Shown: piece by piece, positions 24,919 to 34,520 of the stretch
Layout: every line of letters begins with the position of its first letter
Position numbering within the stretch: the first letter of the stretch is position 1
Source: Candidatus Saccharimonadales bacterium
GTDB lineage: Bacteria; Patescibacteriota; Saccharimonadia; Saccharimonadales; SZUA-47
Reading direction: 5' to 3'
DNA: 44,760 nucleotides
Assembly: GCA_041737385.1 (NCBI GenBank)
Contig: JBGSRU010000010.1
Location: 1-44,760, forward strand
Translations under genes and position numbers: made by a program
Notes under the pieces: model-generated
What the model was told of the DNA's origin: nothing
The model's input: only the letters and a program-made list of their open reading frames with translations
The model's database searches: none

Positions 24919-26268
24919 ATGAATTTTGGAATACGTAAATTTATAGAGAAATCATCATTATATATTTTCTTGATCCTACTGGCCTATATGCCTTTCTACG
25001 TTTTTATTTCTACTTGGGTTGGCACCAATACGGGGCTTTTAGACGCGGTAAAGATATCTAAAGAAATTATTCTTGTGTTTGGTTTTGTGCTTGCGCTGGC
25101 AACGACTTCTAAGGCCACAATTATCAGAATGGTAAACGACAAGCTTGTTTGGCTTATTGCTGGGTATGCCGCCCTAACTGTTGCTCTAGCCTTGATTAAG
25201 CCAGCAGACCAAGATGCGGAAGCTATAGGGGTTGTTTATAATCTACGATTTCTGCTCTTTTTCATATACGGCGCACTACTAATCCAAAAAGTAGACAAAT
25301 CATTATTCAATAAAACAGTGAAGATAGTTCTTGCCGTTGGTACAATCGTGTCTCTTCTTGGTGTATTCCAGGTCGCCTTGCTTCCAAATGATGCATTGGC
25401 AAGTGTGGGCTATTCCAGAGCTAACGGCACGCCAGTAGCCTTTTTCATCAGCGACCAAACTCAGGCAATAGAGAGGGCGTACTCTACGGCAAAAGACCCG
25501 AACTCATTTGGTTCTTATCTGATAATAATCCTTACTATTAGCCTGCTATTTCTGTTTTCTAAATGGCCTAAACACAGAAATCTGTTTGGCGGCATTGTTC
25601 TTGCAGTTACGCTATGTTTGTTTCTGACTTATTCACGTAGCGCGTGGATCGGATCTATCGCCGCATTGATGGTATTTGTTTTATTGCTTCCAAAAACTAG
25701 ACAACTATTAATAAAATACAAAAAAATAGTAATTAGCTCAGGGCTAATAGCCATAATAATAGTGTCCGCAGGACTATTCTCGTTAAGAAACACGTCAACT
25801 GTACAAAATCTTATATTCCACGTTGGCGATGATGCCGAAATCACCTCTAACTCTGGCAGAGCTAATGCCCTTAAATATACAACGGAAGAAATTATAGATA
25901 ATCCGTTGGGTTATGGTCCTGGCACGGCAGGTCCGGCATCATTTAAAAACGATAATCAAGGAGCTGTAATTTCAGAAAATTACTATTTGCAGCTGGCGCA
26001 TGAAGTTGGAGTACTGGGGCTTGCTCTGTTTGTAGCAATTTGTCTAGTAGTAGCAAAACGACTCTACGGGAGTAGGAATACTGATCGCCTGGCCATACCT
26101 CTGCTTGCTAGCTTTGCGGGTATAGCTATAACAAACATGCTGGTACATATATGGTTTTTTGAACCAGTGGCGTATACATGGTGGGGGTTAGCAGGGCTTG
26201 TTTTGTATGCGCCTAGAACCAAGGTTGTTTCTTTCAAAGCTAAAAAATCGAAGAAGCCAATTAAATAG
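24919..26268 (+). CDS. O-antigen ligase / Wzy_C family membrane protein
   Basis: Many TM helices; RAYST..DPN, LTYSRSAWIG, NPLGYGPG, ENYYLQLAHEVGVLG. Confidence 0.88.
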   Translation: MNFGIRKFIEKSSLYIFLILLAYMPFYVFISTWVGTNTGLLDAVKISKEIILVFGFVLALATTSKATIIRMVNDKLVWLIAGYAALTVALALIKPADQDAEAIGVVYNLRFLLFFIYGALLIQKVDKSLFNKTVKIVLAVGTIVSLLGVFQVALLPNDALASVGYSRANGTPVAFFISDQTQAIERAYSTAKDPNSFGSYLIIILTISLLFLFSKWPKHRNLFGGIVLAVTLCLFLTYSRSAWIGSIAALMVFVLLLPKTRQLLIKYKKIVISSGLIAIIIVSAGLFSLRNTSTVQNLIFHVGDDAEITSNSGRANALKYTTEEIIDNPLGYGPGTAGPASFKNDNQGAVISENYYLQLAHEVGVLGLALFVAICLVVAKRLYGSRNTDRLAIPLLASFAGIAITNMLVHIWFFEPVAYTWWGLAGLVLYAPRTKVVSFKAKKSKKPIK

Positions 26269-26293
26269 TCGCTTTATATTATACTTATCAACT

Positions 26294-27409
26294 TTATTTA
26301 CTTACAGAATCATACGTTTCGATATGTTTAGAAGCTATTGAGTCCCAATCAAAATAATTCGCTAGCTTCTTTGACTCCAACTTTATTTTATCCATCTTAT
26401 CAGGAGAAGATAGCAGTTTATTGCAAGCCATTGATAGACTTTCCGTATCCATCGTTTCTAACAATAGCGAATTTGAACCGTCTACATAAGGTAGATTGTA
26501 CTTTGGATTTTGAGATGCCTTTGAAATTATCGGTACACCATGGATAGCGGCAGCGATAGCCGTACTAGATTTGGCGGTTAACGGTAGTTGTTGAGATAAC
26601 ACAAAAAGCTGACTATTGTGTAGAATAGCTGATACTGTGTCATCGTCTAAATAGCCAGATACATAGATCGACGCTCCACTTTTTGTAGATTCTTCTACAA
26701 GACCAACTAACATGTTTTGATATTCTGAGTTTTTGTCTAGCTCGGTAAGCAGTAGAATATTTGCTTTGATGTTTGGAGCTGATTTTATGAGTGTTTCAAG
26801 CCCTTTATTTCTATTTGCAAAGCCAAAATAAACAATAGTAGGCTTACCGGGATTCATGTTTGCTGTATTTATCAACTTATCGAATTCACCTTGTTTTATA
26901 GATGACGGTAAAAGGTTTGAACCTATTGGAATGATTATGCATTTTTTTCTAAGAAACCAAGGTAGCGCGTCGAGATCATAGTTATTTGAAATAATTATTT
27001 TGTTTACAAATATTGCAGTAATTATGTTTCTGGTTTTTCCGATCATTCTGGTTTCATGATGTTCGTGTAGGGTTAACAGTAACGGCTTCTTTGGCAAGCT
27101 TACTTTCATAAACAATGGGAGTAAGTTAATACCCAGATCTCTTCCATACCCCTTTGCATGGTACTGGATATGAACAAAATCAGGGTTTGAAGACTTGATG
27201 AATGACAACATCTTTGGAAGCTGTCTAATCTTCCAATTAGCTAATCTGTAAATTTCTGACGCACCCGGCATGTTGATACCTAGTTTTTTGGTGGTTAATA
27301 AATCAACTTCGAGACTATTTGAAAGTTTTTCAATTAGTTTTTCGCCATAAAAACCAACGCCACACCTTAAGGGTGGAGCTGACCCGTTTATTAGTAAGAC
27401 TTTATTCAT
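26294..27409 (-). CDS. Glycosyltransferase family 4
   Basis: PPLRCGVG, VHIQY, TLHE, IPIGSN, YFGF...KG, FDWDSIA. Confidence 0.85.
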   Translation of the reverse strand: MNKVLLINGSAPPLRCGVGFYGEKLIEKLSNSLEVDLLTTKKLGINMPGASEIYRLANWKIRQLPKMLSFIKSSNPDFVHIQYHAKGYGRDLGINLLPLFMKVSLPKKPLLLTLHEHHETRMIGKTRNIITAIFVNKIIISNNYDLDALPWFLRKKCIIIPIGSNLLPSSIKQGEFDKLINTANMNPGKPTIVYFGFANRNKGLETLIKSAPNIKANILLLTELDKNSEYQNMLVGLVEESTKSGASIYVSGYLDDDTVSAILHNSQLFVLSQQLPLTAKSSTAIAAAIHGVPIISKASQNPKYNLPYVDGSNSLLLETMDTESLSMACNKLLSSPDKMDKIKLESKKLANYFDWDSIASKHIETYDSVSK

Positions 27410-28317
27410 TTTAATGCTCCTGTCACGTTTCTAATGCCATCAATAGTAGCTTTGATAACGTACACTACCGTTTTAGGGGTGCTGGCTGGTCGTTTTAACG
27501 ACAAAACGATATATTTAAGGCCTATGACTATATTGCTCGGTAAAGCACTATTCAAAGACGACCATCTGTGACCAAACAAAAGCCTGTTTCTGATATTGTA
27601 ATAGGCATATGTACTTGATCTAATACCGAGCGAGCTTGAAGTGTTGTGGAGAATTTTTGCGTCAGGAACATACAACAGCTGTTTGTTGTTTTGAAGCATA
27701 CGCGCACACCAATCAGTATCTTCCCAATATAGAAAGTAATCTTCAGAGAGCAACACATCCAATGTTTTGTCTCTCAAAGAGATCATTAGACAACAGCCAG
27801 TCAAAAAACTCACCTGTTTAACGGATGTTGAATTAATTGAGTCCGGATCAACGCCAACATTGTCATGGTGGACGTTAGCGGATTTGATGTTCATTGTGCC
27901 ACCTCCGTACCAAACAGTTGGGGGCTGTAGTGAAGACAAAATTGTAGGTGCTGACGCAACAGCATTATCATTATCCTCTAATTCATCAATAAGTTTTTCA
28001 AACACGAGGCTATCTATGATTTCTGTATCATTATTAAGCAAGCAAACGTAATCATACTCACCGTCTAGTGCATATCTAATTGCGTCATTGTGCCCACCAG
28101 CAAAACCTTTGTTCGTTGAATTATTGTTTACGGTTATAGACTTAAGAGAATTTAAAATGCTCTTATCAATTACTAACTTCTCCTTTTGGGAATTATTGTC
28201 GGTTAAGTAAACATCTGGCTGTATTGTTTTGTCGATGTTAGTGATTCCAGACAAACACTCATTTGTTCGGGAACTGTCATTCCAGTTAATTATTGAGACT
28301 AATGTTTTTTTGCGCAT
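27406..28317 (-). CDS. Glycosyltransferase family 2
   Basis: IINWN, DNNS, NKGFAGGHN, LLNND, YFLYWEDTDW. Confidence 0.92.
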   Translation of the reverse strand: MRKKTLVSIINWNDSSRTNECLSGITNIDKTIQPDVYLTDNNSQKEKLVIDKSILNSLKSITVNNNSTNKGFAGGHNDAIRYALDGEYDYVCLLNNDTEIIDSLVFEKLIDELEDNDNAVASAPTILSSLQPPTVWYGGGTMNIKSANVHHDNVGVDPDSINSTSVKQVSFLTGCCLMISLRDKTLDVLLSEDYFLYWEDTDWCARMLQNNKQLLYVPDAKILHNTSSSLGIRSSTYAYYNIRNRLLFGHRWSSLNSALPSNIVIGLKYIVLSLKRPASTPKTVVYVIKATIDGIRNVTGALK

Positions 28318-28321
28318 ATAC

Positions 28322-29356
28322 TTACCGCCAAAACATAACTGATCTAGCGAAAGACCTTATCTTAAGAATTTTTGCTTCAGGAGGCAGGCCCGGCGGCAGC
28401 CCAACTACTATCATAGACTTGATATATTCCGTACTTACTTTATGGTTTTTCTGTATCACGTGCCTTTGGTGTAGTTTTTTTGGGAAAAGTACTATTGCTA
28501 TAAACAGTGCTTTTATTGTGAGCCTGCTGTTGCCCTTCGTAAAACCCGCATAAACTGTTGCGATATGAGCTATCACGAACCGTGGGTACATGTGAGGAAC
28601 TAGCCTTAAGGGTACGTTTTTCCAGAACAACCACGGATAGTTTTTTACTGTTTGATGTAGAGTAAATCCTTTTATTTTCCCGCTTGTACCACCGACTTTG
28701 TGGTGAACAATTGCTTTGGGTGTGTAGTATACTTTCCAGCCAGCTAGTTGCGCCCGGAAACTCAAGTCTACATCTTCGTAATAAGCAAAGAAATCTTCAT
28801 CAAACAGGCCAATTTCATTGAGCATTTGTACTCTGTACAGACTTGCACCACCGCATGCAGAGAAAATATATTCTTCGTCTTCATATTGTAGTGTGTCTTT
28901 AGAATCTCTACCTCTTGGATATGGAATACCCCAAGTGGTATACATGTCTCCGGTCGTATCAATTGTGTGGCCGTCCATTTTTAAGATTTTACCTGTGGCT
29001 ATGCCTACTTCTGGTCTTGAATCTAAAACGCCCACCAGTTCGTTTAGCCAGTTGGGTTCTGGCAAAGCGTCGTTATTTATTAGAGCTATATAGTCAAAAT
29101 TATTATCAATGGCATAGCGAATACCTGTGTTTACTCCACCAGAAAAGCCTTTGTTTTCAGAGTTTTCTAGTACAATAATTTCTGGGTATTTTTGGGCTAC
29201 AACAGAAACAAAATTATCCGATGATGCGTTGTCTACAGCAATTATAGAATGTTCGGCCAATTGTTTTTTTAGCGCTGCAATACACTTAAGAGAATCTTCT
29301 TCTCCATTCCAGTTAAGCACAATTACTGCTATCTTAGATTGTTTATTACTAGTCAT
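28322..29356 (-). CDS. Glycosyltransferase family 2 (WbbL/rhamnosyltransferase-like)
   Basis: VLNWNG, VDNASSD, NKGFSGGVN, LINND, FFAYYEDVDL. Confidence 0.92.
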   Translation of the reverse strand: MTSNKQSKIAVIVLNWNGEEDSLKCIAALKKQLAEHSIIAVDNASSDNFVSVVAQKYPEIIVLENSENKGFSGGVNTGIRYAIDNNFDYIALINNDALPEPNWLNELVGVLDSRPEVGIATGKILKMDGHTIDTTGDMYTTWGIPYPRGRDSKDTLQYEDEEYIFSACGGASLYRVQMLNEIGLFDEDFFAYYEDVDLSFRAQLAGWKVYYTPKAIVHHKVGGTSGKIKGFTLHQTVKNYPWLFWKNVPLRLVPHMYPRFVIAHIATVYAGFTKGNSRLTIKALFIAIVLFPKKLHQRHVIQKNHKVSTEYIKSMIVVGLPPGLPPEAKILKIRSFARSVMFWR

Positions 29357-29383
29357 CTACTCTATAATGATACAAGATTATTC

Positions 29384-30184
29384 ATGAAACAACTTTATAG
29401 TAAACAAAACCGTGCTTTATTAGCAGAACTAGTGCGCACTGACTTCAAACTACGCTATCAAGGATCAGTACTTGGTTATGCGTGGTCTTTGCTTCGACCG
29501 CTTTTCATGTTCGTCATTTTATACGTTGTTTTTGTATACGTGTTCAAGATAGGGGAATCGATACCTAACTATCCTATATATTTACTTGTTGGTATTGTCA
29601 TGTGGAACTTTTTTGCAGAAATTACACAACAGGGTTTGGGCTCAATTGTGGCCCGTGGAGATTTGATACGCAAAATTAGAATCCCTCGCTGGATGATTAT
29701 TGTATCGACAAGCATAGGAGCTACGATTAACTTAGGGCTCAACCTGATTATAGTGATGCTACTAGTATTAATTAGCGGCATGGATTTGCTTGCAACTAGC
29801 ATACTCTTTCCGCTATTTTTGCTCGAAGTTTATCTATTTGCACTAGGAATTGGGCTGCTGTTGTCCGCACTATTTGTTAAATATAGAGATATTAGCTATA
29901 TATGGGAAGTATTTTTGCAAGCAGGCTTTTATTTGACTCCTATTCTGTATCCTCTGAGTTTGATTACAAACGTAAATGCACTAAAACTAATACTACTAAA
30001 CCCAATGGCACAGGCCATACAGGGCGCGCGTAATGTATTAGTAACGCCAGAGACAGATACAATAGGAGTAGTGTGGCAAAATCAGTGGGCATTTTTAATA
30101 CCTTTAGCAATCGTTTTGGTTACTTTAGTAATCGGAGTTTTATATTTTAAGAAAGAATCCAAGAATTTTGCGGAGAACCTCTAA
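29384..30184 (+). CDS. wzm: ABC polysaccharide export permease (Wzm/RgpC-like)
   Basis: DFKLRYQGSVLGYAWSLLRP, KYRD, FYLTPILYP, NPM; start at MKQLYS. Confidence 0.93.
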   Translation: MKQLYSKQNRALLAELVRTDFKLRYQGSVLGYAWSLLRPLFMFVILYVVFVYVFKIGESIPNYPIYLLVGIVMWNFFAEITQQGLGSIVARGDLIRKIRIPRWMIIVSTSIGATINLGLNLIIVMLLVLISGMDLLATSILFPLFLLEVYLFALGIGLLLSALFVKYRDISYIWEVFLQAGFYLTPILYPLSLITNVNALKLILLNPMAQAIQGARNVLVTPETDTIGVVWQNQWAFLIPLAIVLVTLVIGVLYFKKESKNFAENL

Positions 30185-30238
30185 TGGTCTATGGGATGTT
30201 GGTAGTTAGTATATGGGGAAAAGAAGTGGGTTCTTCTA

Positions 30239-31462
30239 ATGAGTAAATCTGATGAAATTGCTATTAAGGTTAGTGGAGTTAGTAAGTCATTTAAGCTTCC
30301 GCATGAAAAGAACACGTCAATCAAGAGTTTGATAGTTCACCCATTTAGAAAACGCACATACGAAAAACAAGAAGTATTGAAGAATATAAATTTTGAAATC
30401 AAAAAAGGCGAATTCTTCGGAATAGTTGGGCGAAATGGTAGCGGTAAAAGCACTCTTCTAAAGCTTTTAGCAGGTATATATTCACCAGACAAAGGGCATA
30501 TTCAGATAAATGGGAAATTGACGCCGTTTATAGAGCTTGGGGTGGGCTTTAACCCGGAGCTTACCGGTAGGGAAAATGTTTTCCTTAACGGAGCTCTGCT
30601 TGGCTTTAACCGCAAAGACATGACCGCCATGTATCAAGAGATTGTAGACTTCGCAGAAATTGAAAAATTTATGGATCAGAAACTAAAAAACTACTCAAGT
30701 GGCATGCAGGTGCGCCTTGCGTTTAGTATTGCTATTAGGGCCAACTCAGAGATTTTGTTATTAGATGAGGTGCTTGCTGTAGGTGATGCTGCATTTCAAC
30801 AGAAATGTTATGATTATTTTGAAGAGTTAAAGAGGAATAAAAAAACAGTAATACTGGTCTCGCATGATATGGGTGCCGTTACGCGTTTTTGCAATAGGGC
30901 TATCTATCTCAAAGACGGAAAGATCATTCAAGAAGGCAACACTCTGGAGGTTGCGGAAACCTATGCAGTTGAAAATATTCGGGTAGATAATCCAGAGTTA
31001 CTCGATAAGGACACAGATGATGATAATACAAAAACTAAAAGTACTGAAGATATAAGGAAAGAAACAGAAGAGAAGAACCGCCAGAAAGCATATTCTATCA
31101 CGGGCAGTATTGTTAAACAGACAAAAGAAACTATTATAATAAACATAAAATATAAATCAAAAAATGACAGTAAGATGTATGTCGGTATATCGATAACAAA
31201 GGATGGCGTTTCCATTGGTGAGATCGCAACAGACTATAATAAGCCGTTGCATGGATCAGGCGAGCTGTATTATGAGTTGGATCAAAGAATGTTTAATGTA
31301 GGTACGTATAGGTTTGCGGGTATTACTCTCTTCAGGCTTGAAAACAGAGAGGTTCTAGCTGTGAACAAAAAGAATAACGAGTTCTATATTAAAGGCGACG
31401 ACGATAGAAGGGGGGCGGCTGTAAGACTGCCAGATAGCTGGAAGTATGCAAAAAAGAATTAA
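30239..31462 (+). CDS. wzt: ABC polysaccharide export ATPase with C-terminal extension (Wzt/RgpD-like)
   Basis: GRNGSGKST, YSSGMQVRLAF, LLDEVLAVGD. Confidence 0.95.
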   Translation: MSKSDEIAIKVSGVSKSFKLPHEKNTSIKSLIVHPFRKRTYEKQEVLKNINFEIKKGEFFGIVGRNGSGKSTLLKLLAGIYSPDKGHIQINGKLTPFIELGVGFNPELTGRENVFLNGALLGFNRKDMTAMYQEIVDFAEIEKFMDQKLKNYSSGMQVRLAFSIAIRANSEILLLDEVLAVGDAAFQQKCYDYFEELKRNKKTVILVSHDMGAVTRFCNRAIYLKDGKIIQEGNTLEVAETYAVENIRVDNPELLDKDTDDDNTKTKSTEDIRKETEEKNRQKAYSITGSIVKQTKETIIINIKYKSKNDSKMYVGISITKDGVSIGEIATDYNKPLHGSGELYYELDQRMFNVGTYRFAGITLFRLENREVLAVNKKNNEFYIKGDDDRRGAAVRLPDSWKYAKKN

Positions 31463-32522
31463 TGTTACTCAATCTTTCCTGCCTCCCATACGGGAATATC
31501 AGGCTTATTTAAAGTGTATATGGGATAATCAACAACTCACAAACCAGGGCCCTCTACTTAAAAAGCTTGAGTCTAACATTAAGGAATATCTTGATGTAGA
31601 AAATTTTCATTTTGTTACCAACGGTACAATTGCACTGCAAGTATCATTGCGTGCATTAGGCATTACAAGTGGAGAAGTTATCACTACCCCTTTTTCATAT
31701 GTGGCGACAACGTCCTCGATTTTATGGGAGCACTGCAAACCGGTTTTTGTAGATATAGAGCCTGACACTTTTTGTATCGACGCAGATAAAATAGAAGTGT
31801 CAATCACAAAAGATACGAAGGCAATATTAGCAGTTCATGTTTTTGGTTTTCCATGTGATGTAGAAAAGATAGCAATTATTGCAAAAAAACATAACCTTAA
31901 AGTCATATACGACGCGGCGCACGCATTTGGCGCGACCTACAAAGGAAGGTCTTTATTGGATTATGGGGATATTTCTATTTCTAGCTTTCACGCAACAAAG
32001 CTATTTCATACTATCGAAGGGGGCGGGATAGTAGTAAAAGAAAAAGATATAAGCCAAAAAGTTGAGCTTATTAAACGGTTTGGTCACGAAGGTGACGACC
32101 ATATTATGTTGGGCATTAATGGTAAAGCATCCGAGTTCCAGGCGGCCATGGGTCTTACGAATCTTAAATACATTAACGGAGTCATAGCCGAGAGAAAATT
32201 AATATCTGAATTATATGATTCGTTACTAACAAAAAATCTATACATTCCTAAGGTCAGTAAAGGTGTGGGCAGAAATTATGCATACTACCCGGTAGTTTTT
32301 AAAAGTGAAGAATCTTTGCTTGATGCAATAAAAATATTGAATTCAAAAAAAATATATCCAAGAAGATATTTTTATCCTTCTCTGAATAAGTTAGGCTATT
32401 TGCAAAACATGCAGTCATGTCCAGTGTCCGAAGACATTGCTAGTCGCATAATTTGCTTACCTCTTTACGCTGGGCTGGATCCTAAAGATGTAGTTATAAT
32501 ATGTAAGGCATTAATAGGATGA
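31446..32522 (+). CDS. DegT/DnrJ/EryC1/StrS sugar aminotransferase (VioA-like)
   Basis: TNGTIAL, TTPFSYVAT, IYDAAHAFG, SFHATKLFHTIEGG, RRYFYP. Confidence 0.92.
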   Translation: MQKRINVTQSFLPPIREYQAYLKCIWDNQQLTNQGPLLKKLESNIKEYLDVENFHFVTNGTIALQVSLRALGITSGEVITTPFSYVATTSSILWEHCKPVFVDIEPDTFCIDADKIEVSITKDTKAILAVHVFGFPCDVEKIAIIAKKHNLKVIYDAAHAFGATYKGRSLLDYGDISISSFHATKLFHTIEGGGIVVKEKDISQKVELIKRFGHEGDDHIMLGINGKASEFQAAMGLTNLKYINGVIAERKLISELYDSLLTKNLYIPKVSKGVGRNYAYYPVVFKSEESLLDAIKILNSKKIYPRRYFYPSLNKLGYLQNMQSCPVSEDIASRIICLPLYAGLDPKDVVIICKALIG

Positions 32523-33805
32523 AAAAAATGAATGTTTTAGTTTTTCCATGTGGTTCAGAGATAGGTTTAGAGTTGCATAGGTCGCTTTGTTATTCAACGC
32601 ATTTCACATTGTTTGGCGGGTCGTCAATTGCTGATCATGGTCGATTTGTTTATAAAAACTATATTGGCAATATACCTTTTGTTGAAGATTATAGATTTAT
32701 TGATGATATAAATAAAATTATTGATGATAATGATATAGAATATATTTTTCCTGCCCACGACAGTGTAGTCTTGGAATTAGCAAAAGCAGAATCTATTGGT
32801 AAATTACATTGTAGGGTAATAACATCTGACCTAAAAACTTGTCAGTTAACACGCTCAAAAGAAAAGACTTATAATCTCCTGAAAGATAGCCTTCCAACAC
32901 CTAAGATATTTGGTTATAGCGAAATAACTCGGGATGATTACCCGCTTTTTTTAAAGCCAGACATTGGACAAGGCTCAAAAGGTACGCATGCGGTTTATAA
33001 TAAGGAAGATTTAGATTACTATCTCAATAAGGATCCAGAACTCCTTATCTTAGAGTACTTACCTGGAAAAGAATTTACCATTGATTGTTTTACAGACAAA
33101 ACAGGCACTCTGCTTTTTAGTGAAGGGAGGCTTCGAGCACGCATTCAAAACGGTATAAGTGTGAACTCGGTGCATATTAAAGATAAGCGGTTTTTGTTGT
33201 ATGCACAAAAAATCAATGATTTGTTATCATTCCGTGGTGTTTGGTTTTTTCAAGTTAAAGAAAGAGCTAATTCGGAACTGGTGCTTATGGAAGTTTCGAC
33301 TCGAGTTGCTGGCACTATGGGGTTTTCGCGTAGTAGGGGAGTAAACTTAGCACTATTAAGTCTTTTTGATGCTTTGAACTTTGACGTATCCATCGATGAG
33401 AACGATTATCAAATTAGCATCGACCGTGCACTACAAAATGTCTATCAACACAATATTTCATACGAACATGTCTACTTAGATTTTGACGACCTTGTAATTT
33501 TAAATGGAAAGGTTAATCCCATGGTCATGGCGTTCGTGTATCAGTGCTTTAATAAGGGAGTAAAAATTCATTTGCTGACAAAACATAAACAAGATCTACC
33601 CGCCACACTAAAAAAGTATCACTTAGAAAAAGTTTTCGATGATATCATTTGGATTACGGACAAAAATGATAAGTATAAAAGTATAAAGGAGAAAAATGCT
33701 ATTCTAATAGATGACTCATTCGCTGAACGAAAAGACGTATCTTTTAATCTTGGATTACCGGTATTTGATGCTCATACGATAGAATGTTTAATAGAACCTT
33801 TATAG
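32519..33805 (+). CDS. ATP-grasp protein with C-terminal HAD-like domain
   Basis: FLKPDIGQGSKG, EYLPGKEFTID, LMEVSTR; YLDFDD..LIDDS. Confidence 0.8.
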   Translation: MKKMNVLVFPCGSEIGLELHRSLCYSTHFTLFGGSSIADHGRFVYKNYIGNIPFVEDYRFIDDINKIIDDNDIEYIFPAHDSVVLELAKAESIGKLHCRVITSDLKTCQLTRSKEKTYNLLKDSLPTPKIFGYSEITRDDYPLFLKPDIGQGSKGTHAVYNKEDLDYYLNKDPELLILEYLPGKEFTIDCFTDKTGTLLFSEGRLRARIQNGISVNSVHIKDKRFLLYAQKINDLLSFRGVWFFQVKERANSELVLMEVSTRVAGTMGFSRSRGVNLALLSLFDALNFDVSIDENDYQISIDRALQNVYQHNISYEHVYLDFDDLVILNGKVNPMVMAFVYQCFNKGVKIHLLTKHKQDLPATLKKYHLEKVFDDIIWITDKNDKYKSIKEKNAILIDDSFAERKDVSFNLGLPVFDAHTIECLIEPL

Positions 33806-33815
33806 GAGAAATAAT

Positions 33816-34520
33816 ATGATAAGTAATTCATTACGCGAAAAATATAAGAAGCAAGGCTATGCTATTTATCAGTATGATGAAAGCGGGCTTCATAGCTACC
33901 CTTATGATCAGCCTTGGATTAGTGATAAAAAATTCAGTGTAATTTATAATAAAATCAAGAAAAATACTTTAGTCGATAGGGTCCGCTGTTATTCGATCTA
34001 CAACCTAACAAATCAGTTCTTGTCTGTGAAGGGTGACATTTTAGAGGTTGGTACGTGGCGCGGAGGAACAGCAGGTATTTTTACAACATTAGCTAGCGAT
34101 AGGACAGTTTATCTGGCTGATACTTTTACGGGTGTTGTTAAAGCATCAAAGTGGGAGCACTACAAAGATAAAGCACACGATGATAAAAGTAAAAAACTTG
34201 TGACTAACTTTCTTGATAATGATATGAAAGTAGCAAACTATCAAATCCTTCAAGGTATTTTCCCGGAAGAAACGGGAAAAGAAATTGCCGATGAAGTTTT
34301 TGCTATCGTTTATTTGGATCTGGATGTTTATGAGTCTACTAAAGATGCATTTAATTATATATGGGAGAAAGTATCAAAAAACGGTATAGTAATTTTTGAT
34401 GATTATGGTATGACATCTGCCTGCGTGGGTATATCTAGGTTTGTAGATGAGATTAAAAGTGATGATGACAAAATTTTTATTACGAATCTTAACGGCCAAG
34501 CATATATAATAAAGAAATAA
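33816..34520 (+). CDS. TylF/MycF/NovP-family O-methyltransferase
   Basis: GDILEVGTWRGG, DTFTG, GIFPE, LDLDVYEST, GIVIFDDY. Confidence 0.9.
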   Translation: MISNSLREKYKKQGYAIYQYDESGLHSYPYDQPWISDKKFSVIYNKIKKNTLVDRVRCYSIYNLTNQFLSVKGDILEVGTWRGGTAGIFTTLASDRTVYLADTFTGVVKASKWEHYKDKAHDDKSKKLVTNFLDNDMKVANYQILQGIFPEETGKEIADEVFAIVYLDLDVYESTKDAFNYIWEKVSKNGIVIFDDYGMTSACVGISRFVDEIKSDDDKIFITNLNGQAYIIKK

